Shown here: positions 37,301 through 52,300 of the stretch, in pieces
Layout of the letters: each line of letters begins with the position of its first letter
Position numbering within the stretch: the stretch's first letter is position 1
Virus record (IMG/VR): IMGVR_UViG_3300043414_000372
Span: 128,001-192,000 of that record
Reading direction: 5' to 3' (one strand)
Origin: a virus
Taxonomy: Duplodnaviria > Caudoviricetes
DNA: 64,000 nt
Notes under the pieces: generated by a model
Database searches by the model: none
The model's input: only the letters and a program-made list of their open reading frames with translations
Told to the model about the DNA's origin: nothing
Translations under genes and position numbers: made by a program

Positions 37301-40300
37301 ATATCGCAGGCGTAGTCCAAACAGCACCGGTACCTACCTTAATAACAACTTCCATTATTCCGGTTGCAGTAGTTAACTCAAGGGTTTCTCCTGCTGTGCC
37401 GGTGCTAACATTATAAGTTTCTGATATAGTAATTCTATTTGAAACACCACCAATAGATTTAACATAATATACTTGATCTTCTACTATGCCACCAAACACT
37501 GCACCAGAGAATGTTATTGGACTATTTAATACAAAATCATTAACACTGTCACATGTTATTGTATTGTATGTACTAGAAGTAGCTATAGCATTAATATATA
37601 TTGGAGATGTTTCCGGTCTCATTATCCCGGAACCTTGATATATGCTAGCACTATAATTTGCATTTACATAAATTTCATGGAATCCTGTAGTTTCATTTAT
37701 CCTAATAGGATTAGCTGTTGAATTTGTTTTAACTAATTGATCTCCGTTGCCTACTTCATATACATCAATTCTTAAAATATCAGTTCCAGGAATAAAATAA
37801 TTTATAGAAGCATTTAAAATAACAGAATTGTTAATCCAATCAACTGTATAGTCTGCACCTTCATATAAAGATGTACTTAAACCAGTATCATAATGAATTA
37901 CAAATACCGCTAGTTGTGCAGGATTTATTACTAAATTAGCAAAACTATAATTCGTCTGGTTTTGTGATGTAGGTACTATTTCAGTAGAAACTACATTATA
38001 TCCAACATGTTGATAAACAGTGTCATCCCAGTTTGTTCCGGGGCGTGTTGATACAACCATGGTCAAGGTATCTGAAACTACTCCGGGAACTAATTCTTCA
38101 GGACCATACCCGTATTCAAAACTATCACCTTGTATAGTATAAAATGCGTTAGGAGTTTCAAAGGTTCCAATAGATGTCCAAGTAATTGTATTTGTACTAG
38201 ATAATATAGTGTTGTTTAGTCCTACTGCAATATATTTTCCATCAATGTTATTATAAACTACGCTTTCTAAAGTTTGTGTAGTACCAGAAGTACGTGATGT
38301 CCATGTTCCACCTGATGTGGGGGATGTTAATATTTTTCCAGCTTTACCAACGACAACAAATATATTATTATGATCATCCCATATAATGTTGTTTAACTCG
38401 TTAGTTGTACCAGATGATTGAACAAACCAATCAATACAATTAAAACTTGTGTAGATTATACCATTATTACCTACAGCAGTTATAGTTTGATTATTTGCCG
38501 CAATTGAGTTAAATCCATACACAGTGCTAGTAAACGGTACTTGACTCCAAACATATCCGTCTGTACTAGTAAATATAATTGCTACATTGACTACAATACC
38601 ATTTACCAATCTTTGTCCGGCACCCACTGCTACAAAGCCAGTGAATCCTCCGGTGCTAGCATACGTCACACCATTGAATACATTAGATAATACACCGGTA
38701 AATGCATGGCGTTCTGTCCAAGAATACAAGTCAGTAGATGTTACAATATTTGTTCCCACTGCAACATATATTCCATTATGGTATGCAACGCTATTCAATG
38801 ATAATGATGATATACTTAATAATGATACGTCAAAATTTATTAAATCATATTGTGTACTATCATATGGTGTAAATGTACCATTAGTAATCCAATTATATCC
38901 ATTATCACTTATTAATATAGGAGTTGCGTTATTATTTGTAGTAATAACATACTTGCCGCCGGCATACAACATGTCAGTGATACCAAGTGGTTGATTTGCC
39001 AAATTATTAATTGTCCATACTAAGCCATCTACACTTACATTGAAGGAAGAGTAAGTATTTGTGTCTGCGCCGGCAATATAATTTAATCCATTCCATACTA
39101 TGGCTTTTAAATTTAATCCTGTCACATAGAATGGTTGATCTTGTATTATTGCATCAAGGGTGAACTCGTCTGCCGGAGCAAACGCATTACCCAAATATGT
39201 ACTATTTGGATATGTAATTCCAGCTACAAGCTGAGTCATGTCCATGCCCGGCATATTGACAGTAGGGTGATAATAACCCTCTATTCTATCTAGTGCATTT
39301 AGCCTGAAGTCGCCTGAATCCAACAATTCCCATTTACCAAATATGAACTCAGTATCATTATTGCTGATGATACATTGATATACACGATTATTGTATTTTA
39401 CAATACTTGGGTTAAAGAAGAATGGCTCTGGTAATAAAGCATAGTCACCTGACTTAGCCATTGTCATTGATCCAGTGATATCAGTTGTTATGTTGAATGG
39501 TAAACCACCAAGTGTTTCAGATATAGTCACTGACGTTGAAGAAGGCTTTGTTTTAACATAATATGTTTCACCGGCGATTATTCCACCGTATATTGAAGCA
39601 ATAGCAGTTCCGGTGCCTGATCCGGTTGTAGTGGCAACAAATACTTGTCCTATTGTGTTAGTCAATGCCCCCAACAATGTAAAATCAGTGTTGCCCAATG
39701 TAAGGATCTGATAAGTTTGTCCTGCTCTTATTGCAGTAGCACTTACTACATTAGTAAAGACGACTGGATCATTGACAGAGAAACTGCTAGAACTTGTTAC
39801 ATTAAGTACATTGCCGGTGTCAACTACAGAGGTTACAGCAGTTGAAGTTATGCCATTGAACGCAAAGTTTTGCCCACTAACAGCTATAGTAAGATTAGGA
39901 TTACTATAAACACCCACTTGAGATTCTGATATAACTTTAAAGTAATATTGATCAGTAGCACCAGCTGGTGTTCCAGATGAAATTGCAGTAGTTATTTCTC
40001 CATTAGAAACTGGTGGACTTACGTCTCCCTCAGGGATAACACCATCGATCATAGAAACCGTTAGATATAAATCATTGATTCCAGTTACTCCGCCAAGTGA
40101 TGCACCATCAATAGTAATAACATTATTAATTGTATAACCTAAACCCGGATCAGTAATAATTGAACTATATCCACCCAATATATAACTTACATCGAACTCT
40201 GCGTGATTTGCAGGGTTAACATATTGAGTTAACTGTACAGTAGTTTGTATTACATTAAATGTGCCAGTGCCCGCTACAGTAGTTTTAATCAAACTACTAG

Positions 40301-43300
40301 TCGGAGTGTATGATACGTTAAATGTGTTGCCACTTCTATTTCTAACATAATATGTCAACTCAGTAGTCAACGGTGTCGGTAATGTTCCTGTTGTAGTGAA
40401 TTTGATTGCTGTTCCGTTAGGGAACGCTGTACCATTTGAAACTGTAACTACTGTTGGGCCAGCTACGGTAATACTAGAAGCTAGTTGACTTGAATTTAAT
40501 AAACTGTCAGCAATAGTAATATATGGATCACCGGCACCAGTCATAGAACCATTACTATTATCTAATGAGAACACGTATGTAAGATTTATATCTTCTGAGA
40601 TTTTAAATCTACCTTGTCCAGACGGAGGGCTAGAATCTATTGCGTATACATAATACACTTTGCCCAACGAAATACCGCCCAATGATGTTCCGGAGAAGTA
40701 TAATGGCATACCTACATACAATATGTTAGTAGAATCTGGATTAGTTGAAGTGCTTATTATTAACCAATTGCCAGTACTTGTGGTGCTACTAACATTAACA
40801 CTTGTAGTTCCAAAATCCGAAGTAATCGTGTATGGGGTTGCTGTAGATAATCCACCAACTTGTTTATCAATAGTAAATTCTAGATTTTCATATATGTTAT
40901 CTAATGTATTGCTACTTAGTAGACAAATTCTATTTACAGTAGATAGTGTGGCTGAAATGCTTCTTGTTAATAAGTTAGAAACTGTTCCGGTTACGCCATT
41001 GTATTGAGTTGATGTTTCATATAATGTAAATTCTTGTCCATTTATTTGTCCCGGGCTTATTGGTAAACCAACATTCAATGTCATTGATCCGGTTGCAGTT
41101 GTTAATTGCAATACTTTTGATTGACTTGTTAATACACAAGATCCAGTGTCATTTGATAATGGGAAAGCACTTCCATTAATACTTTCAGAAATAGAGAATG
41201 AAGTATTGTTGGGGAATAGTTCTCTTACATAATATGTTTTTCCAGCAACAATATTGCCAAATACATCACCACTGAAGATGATTGGTTCATTAATTGACAA
41301 TAGATTTACAGTAGTTTCACAAGTAAGAGAATCATTAATGGATTCAGTTTCTGTGATTGCAAACGTTACTGGATCAGTACTAGTTGACATTGTAAATGTT
41401 TGATTATCAACTACTGATGTAACATAGTATGTTTGATTTTCTTCTATCCCGCCAAATACATTTCCAGTAAAGAATATTGGAAGCCCGGTGTAGAAATTAG
41501 TAGTGCCGTCCTGCCCTGTCGGAGTTAACTGAACAGTAACAGTATTTGTTGCAGTAGTAGTATTAGTTGATGTTCTGATACCATCATAATTAATAGTCAT
41601 TATTGCAAGATTAGTTTCTTGACCTACATACAATGTTAAGGTTGTTGATAGCGTGACGCTAGTTGATCCGGTGCTTGGTGAATAAACTGCACCCGGCACA
41701 CCCTCGTTTACTGTAGCTGAAATCGTAAACCCGGTATCTTCAAATAATGACGGGTTACTAAGATTTGGTAATTGAACTAACGATTTTACATAATATATTG
41801 TCTCGCTAGATGAGTTGCTACTGACTAGACTGGTTCCTGTAGTTGAACCTACAAATTTTATAGGCATACCAATGTAGAAACCAATTGTAGAACCAATCTG
41901 ACCGGCTACTTCTGCTCCACCTTGATTTGGATTAATTCTAATAACATTGCGGTAAGCAGTTGTTGGATATGTAGGACCGTACGTTTGTACAGTATTTCTA
42001 GTTCTTGATGACCAAGTAATACTTTGTTCATTTTGTACATCTAATATTTCAAACGCAGCGCCCTGTGCGCTAGCTAATACAGAACTTATTGGTGGTTGAG
42101 TGTTTTGTAATGTAATTGAAGATGATGAAATCTTATCACTATTAGATAGAGTTCCTGCATAGAACGAACCATAATAGCTATCACCTTGCCATGTTAGTAC
42201 ATTTGTATTGTAAGTTGTTCTGTCAAATCTTAATGATATATTATTTTCTCTGATTGGTATAGCACTGGTTACACTAGTAGCAATTGCACCTTGACTGAAA
42301 TACTGAATGCCGCTTCCCTGTGTAATAAGTGGTATTCGATCATGGTCATTAATTGCATTCAAATAATTTTCATACAATGCAAATAGCGGCACCGGAGAAA
42401 GTTCTAATACATTTACATAGTATTGTTGTCCTATTAATAGTCCATCAATTTTAGTTGATCCAGTTGGAATTGTATAAACTACAAGATCACCTGTTTGTAA
42501 TAACAATGTAGGTAATTCAATTGTATTTGTTAGTACGTTTACACGAGAACTATTAATTGATATCGTGGCGGCCGGATCAATTTTAATTTTAGGTAATACT
42601 ACATACCCTTCGCCCGGATTTATAACATTAACTCCAATGACTGAATCTAGACTCATTATTGGTTCTAATTGCGCCGGTACTCTTGGTTTAGGATATATTG
42701 TTGTATCTATGTATGCGGTCACAGTAGGTGGATTAGTATAGCCTCTGCCCTCATTGAGGACGACTACTGCCGGTAAATCCATACGAATCGTATCATTAGG
42801 GAAATGTACTGTAATCTTAGTATTATTAACACCCCTCGATAGTCCTACTAATTGACTGGTTGCCAAATTCTTAGCAGAATATGCAATCTGTTCTTCCCCA
42901 ATTAAAATTGTGCCTGTTACAGGGAAGCCATTGATATTATCTACATAGCATGAGGCTGAATTTAATGTAAGATATGAATCCAATAAGGCTAGCTTGTAAC
43001 CAGATTGACCTGTAATTGCTACTCCGTAATTATTGTACCATTGACTATATGGTGCAGTTTGCCATATTGGGTCAGTAGGTAAATACTGATTATCTCCGCT
43101 TGGATTAGAATAAACTAACTCGGGAGTAACAAACTGATCAATAGTTGAATTATATTGTGCAGGTAGATCAAAGTCAGTTATATCTCCTTCAAAAATATCA
43201 GTTTTTGTATACTTGAATATAAACTCTTTGATTACAACATGATAAGGCTTAACTTCATTTAAGTAGCCTTCTAGGAATAGTTGATTATCAGAACGATATA

Positions 43301-46300
43301 CTTCTAACGGAATCAATTCACGAATGGTGTGTGATACATCAATAAATGAAGTTTTATTTAACCACTCTAAGTAATTTTGACTTTCAATTGTCTCACTTTG
43401 AATGTACTCAAATAATAATATCAAACTTTTATTTCTAAAAATTAACAATTCGTTTGTGTAAATTTGTTCATTCAACGCACGAACTATATAACGTGTTTCT
43501 GTACTTGGGTATTCATCGTAAGGGGTTGTGTCAAAGAAATTATCACCAAATCCCAACCTAGCACTAGGATAATCCCAAAGAACACTATCAAATTCGATAG
43601 TACCATTTTCTAAACCAATTCTCACCCAAGTGCCATTGCCCACAGTATCAATATTGTATATGTACGTTTCTGAATTACCTGCACCATTTGCTGCCACCGT
43701 AACAATTGTACCAGCCGGTACGCCTAAGGTAGACAAGTCAGCATAGATAGGAACTTGCAGTGATGATTTAGTATTATTATCATATCCGATTGCCCACCAG
43801 TTGATATAAGACCAATAATTTTTAGTGTTATATTTTTCACCGATTGCAAATATTACATTATTGTTATCGTCAACAATTTCAGGATTTTTAGAGTCTAATA
43901 ATTCCGGATTTCTTAATTCTACAATCGGAAATTGTGATAGAACAACGTTAGCATATTGTAAATAATTTTTCAATGCGCCAAATCTATTGTAGAAGAAGCC
44001 TTGTCTTGGTCTTGCTAATACACCAGTCTGTACAGCTTTTGGCAATAACGGATCAGGCACAACACCGCCTGCGTTATCTACCCCGCACATACTATCTAAC
44101 ATTCTATTGTAAAGACCAATTGGTTCTGTTATGCCAACTGATGCATGATTTTGATATGCAGCACCTGATCCAGGGATTCCCGGTAAGAAATCATCCGGAT
44201 AGTTTACACGAATCAAATTATATTGATTATGGGTTGCGTCATCATTTGTACTAGTAGAATATCCAATATGCAATACGGTATCTTTTGCATTTATGTAAGA
44301 GAAGCAATTATATAGCCCAAATACGTTAGGTAGCAACGGTGTAAGATAACTGATACCACTGCCTTGAGGGTTACCAATATAATACTCTAACGTAGTATCG
44401 GCTAGGGTTTTTCCTATTTTGTTAAACACAATATTTGTGTTTCTAGCCCAGAAGTAATATACCGGAGTTATTAATCCTTCCGGATTAACTACTCCGCGAA
44501 TTGTGTAGTTTGTGTCACTGTACGGTACGCCTGGGCCGGTATATTGTGATGGAACTACATTACTTGCGACCCAAGAATAAACCACAACATTACTTCCCGG
44601 GAATACCCTACCCCACCATTGACTGTTATAACTAACATCATTTTGATGATAATTCATAAAACGAGTACTACTAGTATCAAACCACAATGTTCCTATCTTA
44701 TCCGCGCCCCAAACTAACCCTGCTTGATTTCCTACAGAATTGTATGACGCCGGGTCAGCATTAGATACCACATCAATGTTTTCTGCGACTGCTCCCAATA
44801 ATTTGCCTTGCAAAGGATCAATGTAGTCTAAGTTTTCCAATGTGTTATTAGTGGTTGCACTAAACAATTGAACATTGAACACACCGGCTATATTTACAAT
44901 ATCGGATGAACTTCTATAGACTGCCCAATCAGGATCACTTGTATTGCTGATGTAAGTTACTACTTGACCGTTTGTGTCATTTGGATTAGTATTTGGGTTA
45001 AATCCGGGTGTACCAACTGTCACTACGTTATCATTAAAGTCTAATGCAGTGCCGTAATGTGGTTGTGATCCATAATCAAAATCTTGAGCATTGATACTTT
45101 GAGCATATACAAACTTGCCCGGAGCATTTATATTTTCATTATACGTAGATAGATAATCAAACATGTATACTGCACCAGCGTTGGTAAATGTATCAACCCA
45201 TTGTGTTGCATTATTATCAAACACCGTATCGTTGTCTAATTCATCATCAGTAAAGTCAAACGTTGTAGCAGAATATCTTGCTCCTACCGGTGCACTTGCC
45301 ACAAATGATCCAGAACTATTAAACTTAACTACAGTACCAAATTGTGTTCTGCCTGTCAAGTGTGGGCAAGCTATCTTCTGTGTTTGTTTATAAATAGTTA
45401 CACCCATTTCAGTTAGCGCAGCACTATCCAATACTGATAATGATAACTTGTTACCTGCTACTGCCAAACTCACATCAACTAGTGATATTATTAATTTACC
45501 GGCAACTGCGGAAGCAGTTACGTTGGTAATTGAATTTGAATTGATTGCATTTACTGCTGCTGTAGCATTACCAATTGGTAAAGTCACGGCATATCCATTT
45601 AACAATATGGTTCTAGGAGAAGTTATGTTACATGCAGTAGTTCCAATAATAGTACCGTACCTCTCACCACCATTAGTATATCTATGAATTGCACCCTCAT
45701 AGTTTTGACTTGATAATTCAAAAGGTGCACCAATTAGTATTTCATTTGCAAATCTATTAGTAGTAGTACTTGTACCAAATTGTACGCCAACTCTAGGTGT
45801 TTCTTCATTTGTTAATGTTTGTGTTAATACAAAATTAGTACCGCTTACATTTATTATATCGCCCGCATTTAACGTCGGAGTTGCTTTACTGTATACGTTT
45901 AATCTTGACCCCACTACTGCATATAAATTATCTGCTAATGTAGTTCCATTGACTGTTAAGAATAACGGTGATGTTTGACCAGTAGCGGTCATTGTACCAG
46001 TACTATTAGTTAATGTCAATACGGTGCCATTTCTAGTTAAAGACAATGTAATTGTTGAACCAGAAATTTGTTTTACATAATAAACTGTATTAGCTGCAAT
46101 GCCGCCGTAAGGAGAACCAGTAAATACAATTGGCGTACCATTAACACCGTCTTGCAATCCAACGACACTGCCCAACGTAATTGCGTTACTTGATATAGTA
46201 TTGGCAGTGGTTGATAGATTTCCCGGTGTCCATGCTAAGTTAAATAACAACGGAACATATGCTTGGCTACTAGTTTGTGTTTCAAAATTTTGTACTGTTC

Positions 46301-49300
46301 TACTAAAGATATATGTATAACCATAATTTTGAGTATTAACGTCATAATCTTGTTGAGGTGCACCAACAACTACAGTATCACCGTAGTAGTCAGTCGAGAT
46401 GGAATAACCAAAACCATCAGCAGAGGTTAATCCAGCTACACTTAACGTACCAACATTTACATATTGATCGGTTACTGCTGACTTACGGTAAACATATACA
46501 AGAGCATGGCCAGTGTCTGATATATACAACCAATTTTGATCACCGGACAATGCAGTTGATGAACCCCAATTTGTTACACCAACTGGAGCTGGTATAGTCT
46601 GATACGGCAACAAAGTATTCAACAATGCAGTGGTTATTAACTGATATATATGAACTGTTGGTGTACCAGTTGGTTCAGATACTACAAACAAATCATCAAT
46701 GTATGTTATGTTTGATCCAAAAGAAGTACCTTCTGTGATAGTTTGCTTTTCTAAGTAGCTATCAGTTGAATTATCATATGCATATCTGTATACTTTGCCC
46801 GCGCTACTGTCACCAATTAAATAACCCAACGCAGTAGTATATGCAACTGCGCTTCCAAACGTTTGGCTGGCAGCTTTTAATAGTTCTTTGCCATACTGAT
46901 AGTTTAAACTCTTACGGAATACAGCCCAGCCACCATCATTATTTGTGTCAACCCAAACTTTAAGTTTATTAAATTCATTGTCTAATAGAGGTAAATTTTC
47001 TATTTCTGGTGCAGTAGCTACACGTTGACTTTGTAGTTTGAAACCTATACCCAATCCGTTAACGTTGGTGAGTTGTGGGTTCAATGTTAAGTTAATGATG
47101 ACATTGAATGGATCAACTATCGCTGACACCAAGTAGTAGTTATCAATTGCTACATTAAAATTCACAATTGCAAATGGTTGATATCGTTTTAAATTATGTG
47201 CTTGACCAAACGTTATTGTTACTGTACCATTTAAATTATTTTTAGCATTAATGACAGGGCCTAAACTAATAGGGGTGTATACTTGCCAAGTACCAAGGTA
47301 ACTAGCTAGCCATGCATAATCTCTTACATAAAATTCACTAATAGGAATATATGTCCCTGCTGAATTTTGTCCAGTACCTAATCCAGAATAATAATAACTA
47401 GCTAGCTTAACATCGTTAAAATTAACATATCCGGCAGTTGGATATAAAGTAGATGGTGTTAAACTAGATATTGTAGGTAATATCTCAGGAGATGTTATTG
47501 GTCTACCATAATTAAATACGTTGTTTAATGTTACTTCTTGTTGTACACCGGACTCAGTATAATTACCATTAGTTAACCCAACTATAGAAGGGTTGCCAGT
47601 TAAATCATGCTGGCTTAATCTAAATTCAATAAAATTGTTGTTTAATATTCCGCCAAACTCGCCTGATTTAATTGCCCAATTTTCATAAATTGTATAATCA
47701 ATTCCACCTTGTGGTAGATTAGCACCCTTAAAAGCGTTAGCAGCGTTAGGAGTTCCCTTAGTCTTAATCATATTTTGATAGACATTAACCTGTGTTATAT
47801 CAGTAAGGTCTGCCAAAGCCATGTAATCCCTTGGACGATATCCAATTAAGCTAAAACTTAATAAGTCAGCATCATTTTCTAAATTAGCTTTGTTTATATC
47901 ATAATACAATGTACTTTCATATGAACGTGTTTGGCTATTAGGCAATAATCCCTTTTGTATTTCGTTGTAACTAGTTTGTTTCCAATCACGTTCATCAAAT
48001 ATTTCTTTTGCTTGGATGATTGTTAATGCTGTCCAATATTTGTTTTTATATTTGACAATAGAACCTGCGGTGTACTTAATTTCTTTGACCCATTCAACTA
48101 TATTATCTTGGTTAAGAATAAAACCAAATGCATCAATATTTCCGTTCCATTCAGCAGTTTTTGTGCCTCTAACATAAATTCTATTTTGACGCAATCCAGT
48201 AATTAAATTATAAATTGTATCATTAAACAATGTAGTATTATCAAATACAATGCCATGTTCAATATTGCTTATATTAAATTGTCCGTAACTTATTGCATCA
48301 CCTGTATTCAGCGGCTGTAGCGTGAACGCTGTACCATCACGAACGATTGATAAATCATTATTTTGTATAGGATATAAATTTTGATTTAATACAAAATTAT
48401 GTTGTTGTAATGTTAACGGTTGAACAATCCTGCTCTCTTTGTCTATAGACAAAAATGTTGCGGCTGGATTTATTGTGGTTACACTTCCAATGCTCCATCC
48501 TGTCTGGGCCCAATACAAGAATTCAGCAACCATTTGCTGCCAATTAATTGGTATACCGTTTTCTATTTGTTCGTACACCATACCTTGGCTTTTTAAATAT
48601 TCACCGTAGTTAATTAAAAACTGTGATACCTGTTGAATATTGTAAAACTCAGTGCCGTATGGAATTTCTTCAGTCTTATTATAAAATGTACTAGTCAAAG
48701 ATACTGTTTCATTATCTACAGTGATTGTTTCGGCGCTTCCACCAAACTTTGGAACAAGCACAGTGAAGTAAGCATGTGTTTGAGAGTTTCCATATATTTT
48801 ATATCCATTCTCAGTTATTTGTACTACAACACCGCTGTAAATAATTCTGTCAAACGGTTGATTTTCATACAATAATACCGCGTAACTTTCGTCAGGTATT
48901 AATAAAGAACTATTGTTGCTATTTGCTGAACTCTTTTCTACATAGAATTTCAATAAGTTTTTATCACTAAAGCCCGCCAAACGATATACTAAACGAACAT
49001 CCAAATTATTTAACAATGTAGTGATGTTGGTAGTAGCATCTACCCCAACTTGTTTTTCATAATCAACAATCCAATTGATATAACTAGTCGCCGGAGTTCC
49101 GTTACCATATATTGGAACATCAGATAATACTAGATGACTTCTATCACCTACTAAGTATTGATCAAATTCTGTATTATACTTGTAATTGTCTACGTCAATT
49201 CCCAAGTTAAAGAAATCTGCAGGTTTAGTCAATGCTAATATACGCATCAAATCAAATGGCCATGTGCTGCTTCTACGATAGCTGAACTCAGCGGGTCCTA

Positions 49301-52300
49301 CATCACCTACCATCCAATCTCGTTTAAATAAATTTGCATCGTAATTACCCACGATTGAATCAAACGGAGATAGTAAATCACCATTGCTATCTACTGGTAT
49401 TATATCCAATAACCCTTTACGGACATAGTTAGGCTTTACGTAAGGGTTACCGTCATTCCAAACTAAGCCGGCAGCTAAATCACCCCACAAAATTAAATTA
49501 TCACTTGTGTACGGTGCAGGACCATAACGTGTCTCCCACCATGTTGGTTTATTAGCTAATCCTAACATTTCCCACGGGGTCTCATTTGGTGTAGAAGTGT
49601 CGTAGAAATATAAATATAATCCTCTAAAATAACCTTGCTCAATAGGTGCATTATTTAATTTAATGCCACTGTCTCTGTAATTATACGAAAACTGATTACC
49701 AACATTATAAAATTGAATTGCATAATTAATTCTATTTTGTCCTACCCAATTTAAGAAAGATTCACTATATATTTCTAAAAATTCATTATATGTATAATCG
49801 GTTTGTCTAAAAAAGCCCGGTATTACTACCCCTTGATATGATCCGGCTGGGGCAGTTTCACTTAATTTTAAGTTGTTGTAAACACGAGTTTCATATTCAA
49901 GTAACACTTGATCTCTAAAATCAGTTAAAGTATTAGTAGAAGAATTATATGAACCGTATAATTTATTAAATGATCCGTCGTGTCCTACAATAAAATATGT
50001 TTCTGGATTATACGCGGTGTCTAGTGTTACATTGGGTATAGTTGCAGGATATACACCTAATTTGGTAGGGGTGTTTGGTACATAATTTCCATATGTTTGA
50101 TTATATTCTTTAATAGTAATCTGATCATTTGGTAACAAATCAGTAGTAATAGTTAATGAAGGACTATCAGTACTAACAGTATAATCGACCCCCTTTACCA
50201 ATTGTGTTTGTACACCGTTGCGTATTAGATATACCAATATACCATTGTAGTTTGCTGTAGCAAAATTATATATGTGACTTAGTGGGTAGATACTAACATC
50301 CAATGAATTTGCAAAACTATACGTGTTTGTGATATACGGTGCTTTCGATGGCAGCATGTCACTCCAAAAGAATGGCTGGTCATTAGTGTGGGGTGCGTTA
50401 ATTTGATCCAACGCCAAATCCAACATTTCTGAAGGTGACAACATTCTAGAGTAATCTGAATTATTAACGGTGTCAACTAATAATGCTTTAAATGTTATAT
50501 ATTGTCTACTGTTATACAACAATGAGTTAAAAATATCATGTGATTGATTGCGTAAAAATGTACCCACTGCTGGCAATCCAGCACTATTTTGAATTATTCT
50601 ATTTCCCCATGGAACTAAATTTCCTAAATCACGATAGTTGTTTGGTCCAAATACTTCTCCTGTTGTGTTTGGATTATTGAAGAAAATACTTTGATACTGA
50701 CCGCGAATATCACCTATGTTTGCGCTGGTAAGGTCTTGGTTTAATGGGTTATTAGTTAGATTGATAGGTGGCGCATAGTACGCAGTTGTGCTTACTTGAT
50801 CACTTAATATTAAAACTTGAATAACAGTTTCAACAGCATTAACAGTTGGAATATAAATTGTAGTAGTAGTATCAGTTACCGTAAAAGTCCATTGGTCTTT
50901 TGGTAAATATATATTATTGATATAAACTTGTATTAACGGCCATTTTGTGGTAGGATTAACTATCGGAGCAATGTCACATATAAATTCAGTTTGATCAATA
51001 GTAGCGTTCCAATCAAATTCAAAAATTTGATATTGTGCGCTAGGTGACACTGCTGTTTGCCATCCTAATTGTCGAACCTCTGTTAGACCGTAATAATTAT
51101 TTAATGTATAATTATACACATATCCTGTATTTACCTTTTGAGTCTCAGATGATGTACCTTTTACATAATTAAACGTTGCAGAATTCAAAGTAACATCAAA
51201 ACTAATATCGCCTATGTTATTAACTGAACTGTATCTTACTGGGAAGCCCAACACTGCATCGTTTGCTCCTACACCTAATCCATATGAAAATAATGTACAT
51301 CCAGTGAATGACGTTCCAACATATACATCTGGATCTCCAAAGCTAATGTTGTTAGAGTCAAACACATCAAATTTAGGTGATTGATTAAGTGTAGTTTTTT
51401 GTTGACCTTCTATCCAAACATAACCGGTAAAATAAAAATCTTTACCTATATAATTATAACCTCTATACACTGCGGTTTGTTCATTTGCTAACACTACCCC
51501 ATCGTCAGCTTCAGTCAATGTAATAACTGGAGTACTATCAGGATGGATAGTAGAGAATCTTGAAATATATATTTTGTTTCTTACTTCTAGATTAGTGTCT
51601 GCTGCAAATACTATCCTAGATCCGTCAAATAATCCGTAATTAGATAGCGGGGTGTCTGCTGTTACTAATGCAGCAATAGAAGTTGCAGGTACGATGACGG
51701 TTTCTTGGTACCAAGAAACTGTTAAAATTGTATCTGTACCTAACGTAGTAATTTCTGTAATAAAAGTCACTCCGGGTAATGATAAAGTTGAATCAGAAAT
51801 ATATTGTCCAACTTCAAATAAACCAGACAAATCAGTTGTCGGTACTGTAATAGTAGTACTATATGGATAGATTGAAGTAGAAACTGAAACCGGGCCCGCA
51901 TTGCTTAATGGAACTAAATTACCATAACTATCATTCAATGTAATTTTATTGTCTACAATTGAAGCAATACTATATGTGGTGCCGGAAGTAATTCCACCAA
52001 ATGATGTTCCAAAACTTATAGTATCATTTACGTGTAATCCAATTGTATTACTCAAAGCAACTTGGTTGATTAGAGCATAAGTGTCAGTTGCTGTTTTAGA
52101 AGTTATAGCACCTGTAACTGCTGCTATAGTAGCATTAGCAGTAGTCCAGCCGGCAACATCGGGATAGTAATTAGGTTGACCTGCTACATCAGTAAATGCA
52201 TCAGTTGTTCTAGTATCAATGAAGTCGATAGGGTCTTTGCCTACAATGCCAGCATCAAATAATCTAATGTTGGGATAAAATTCAATAATAGGACGTTTTG

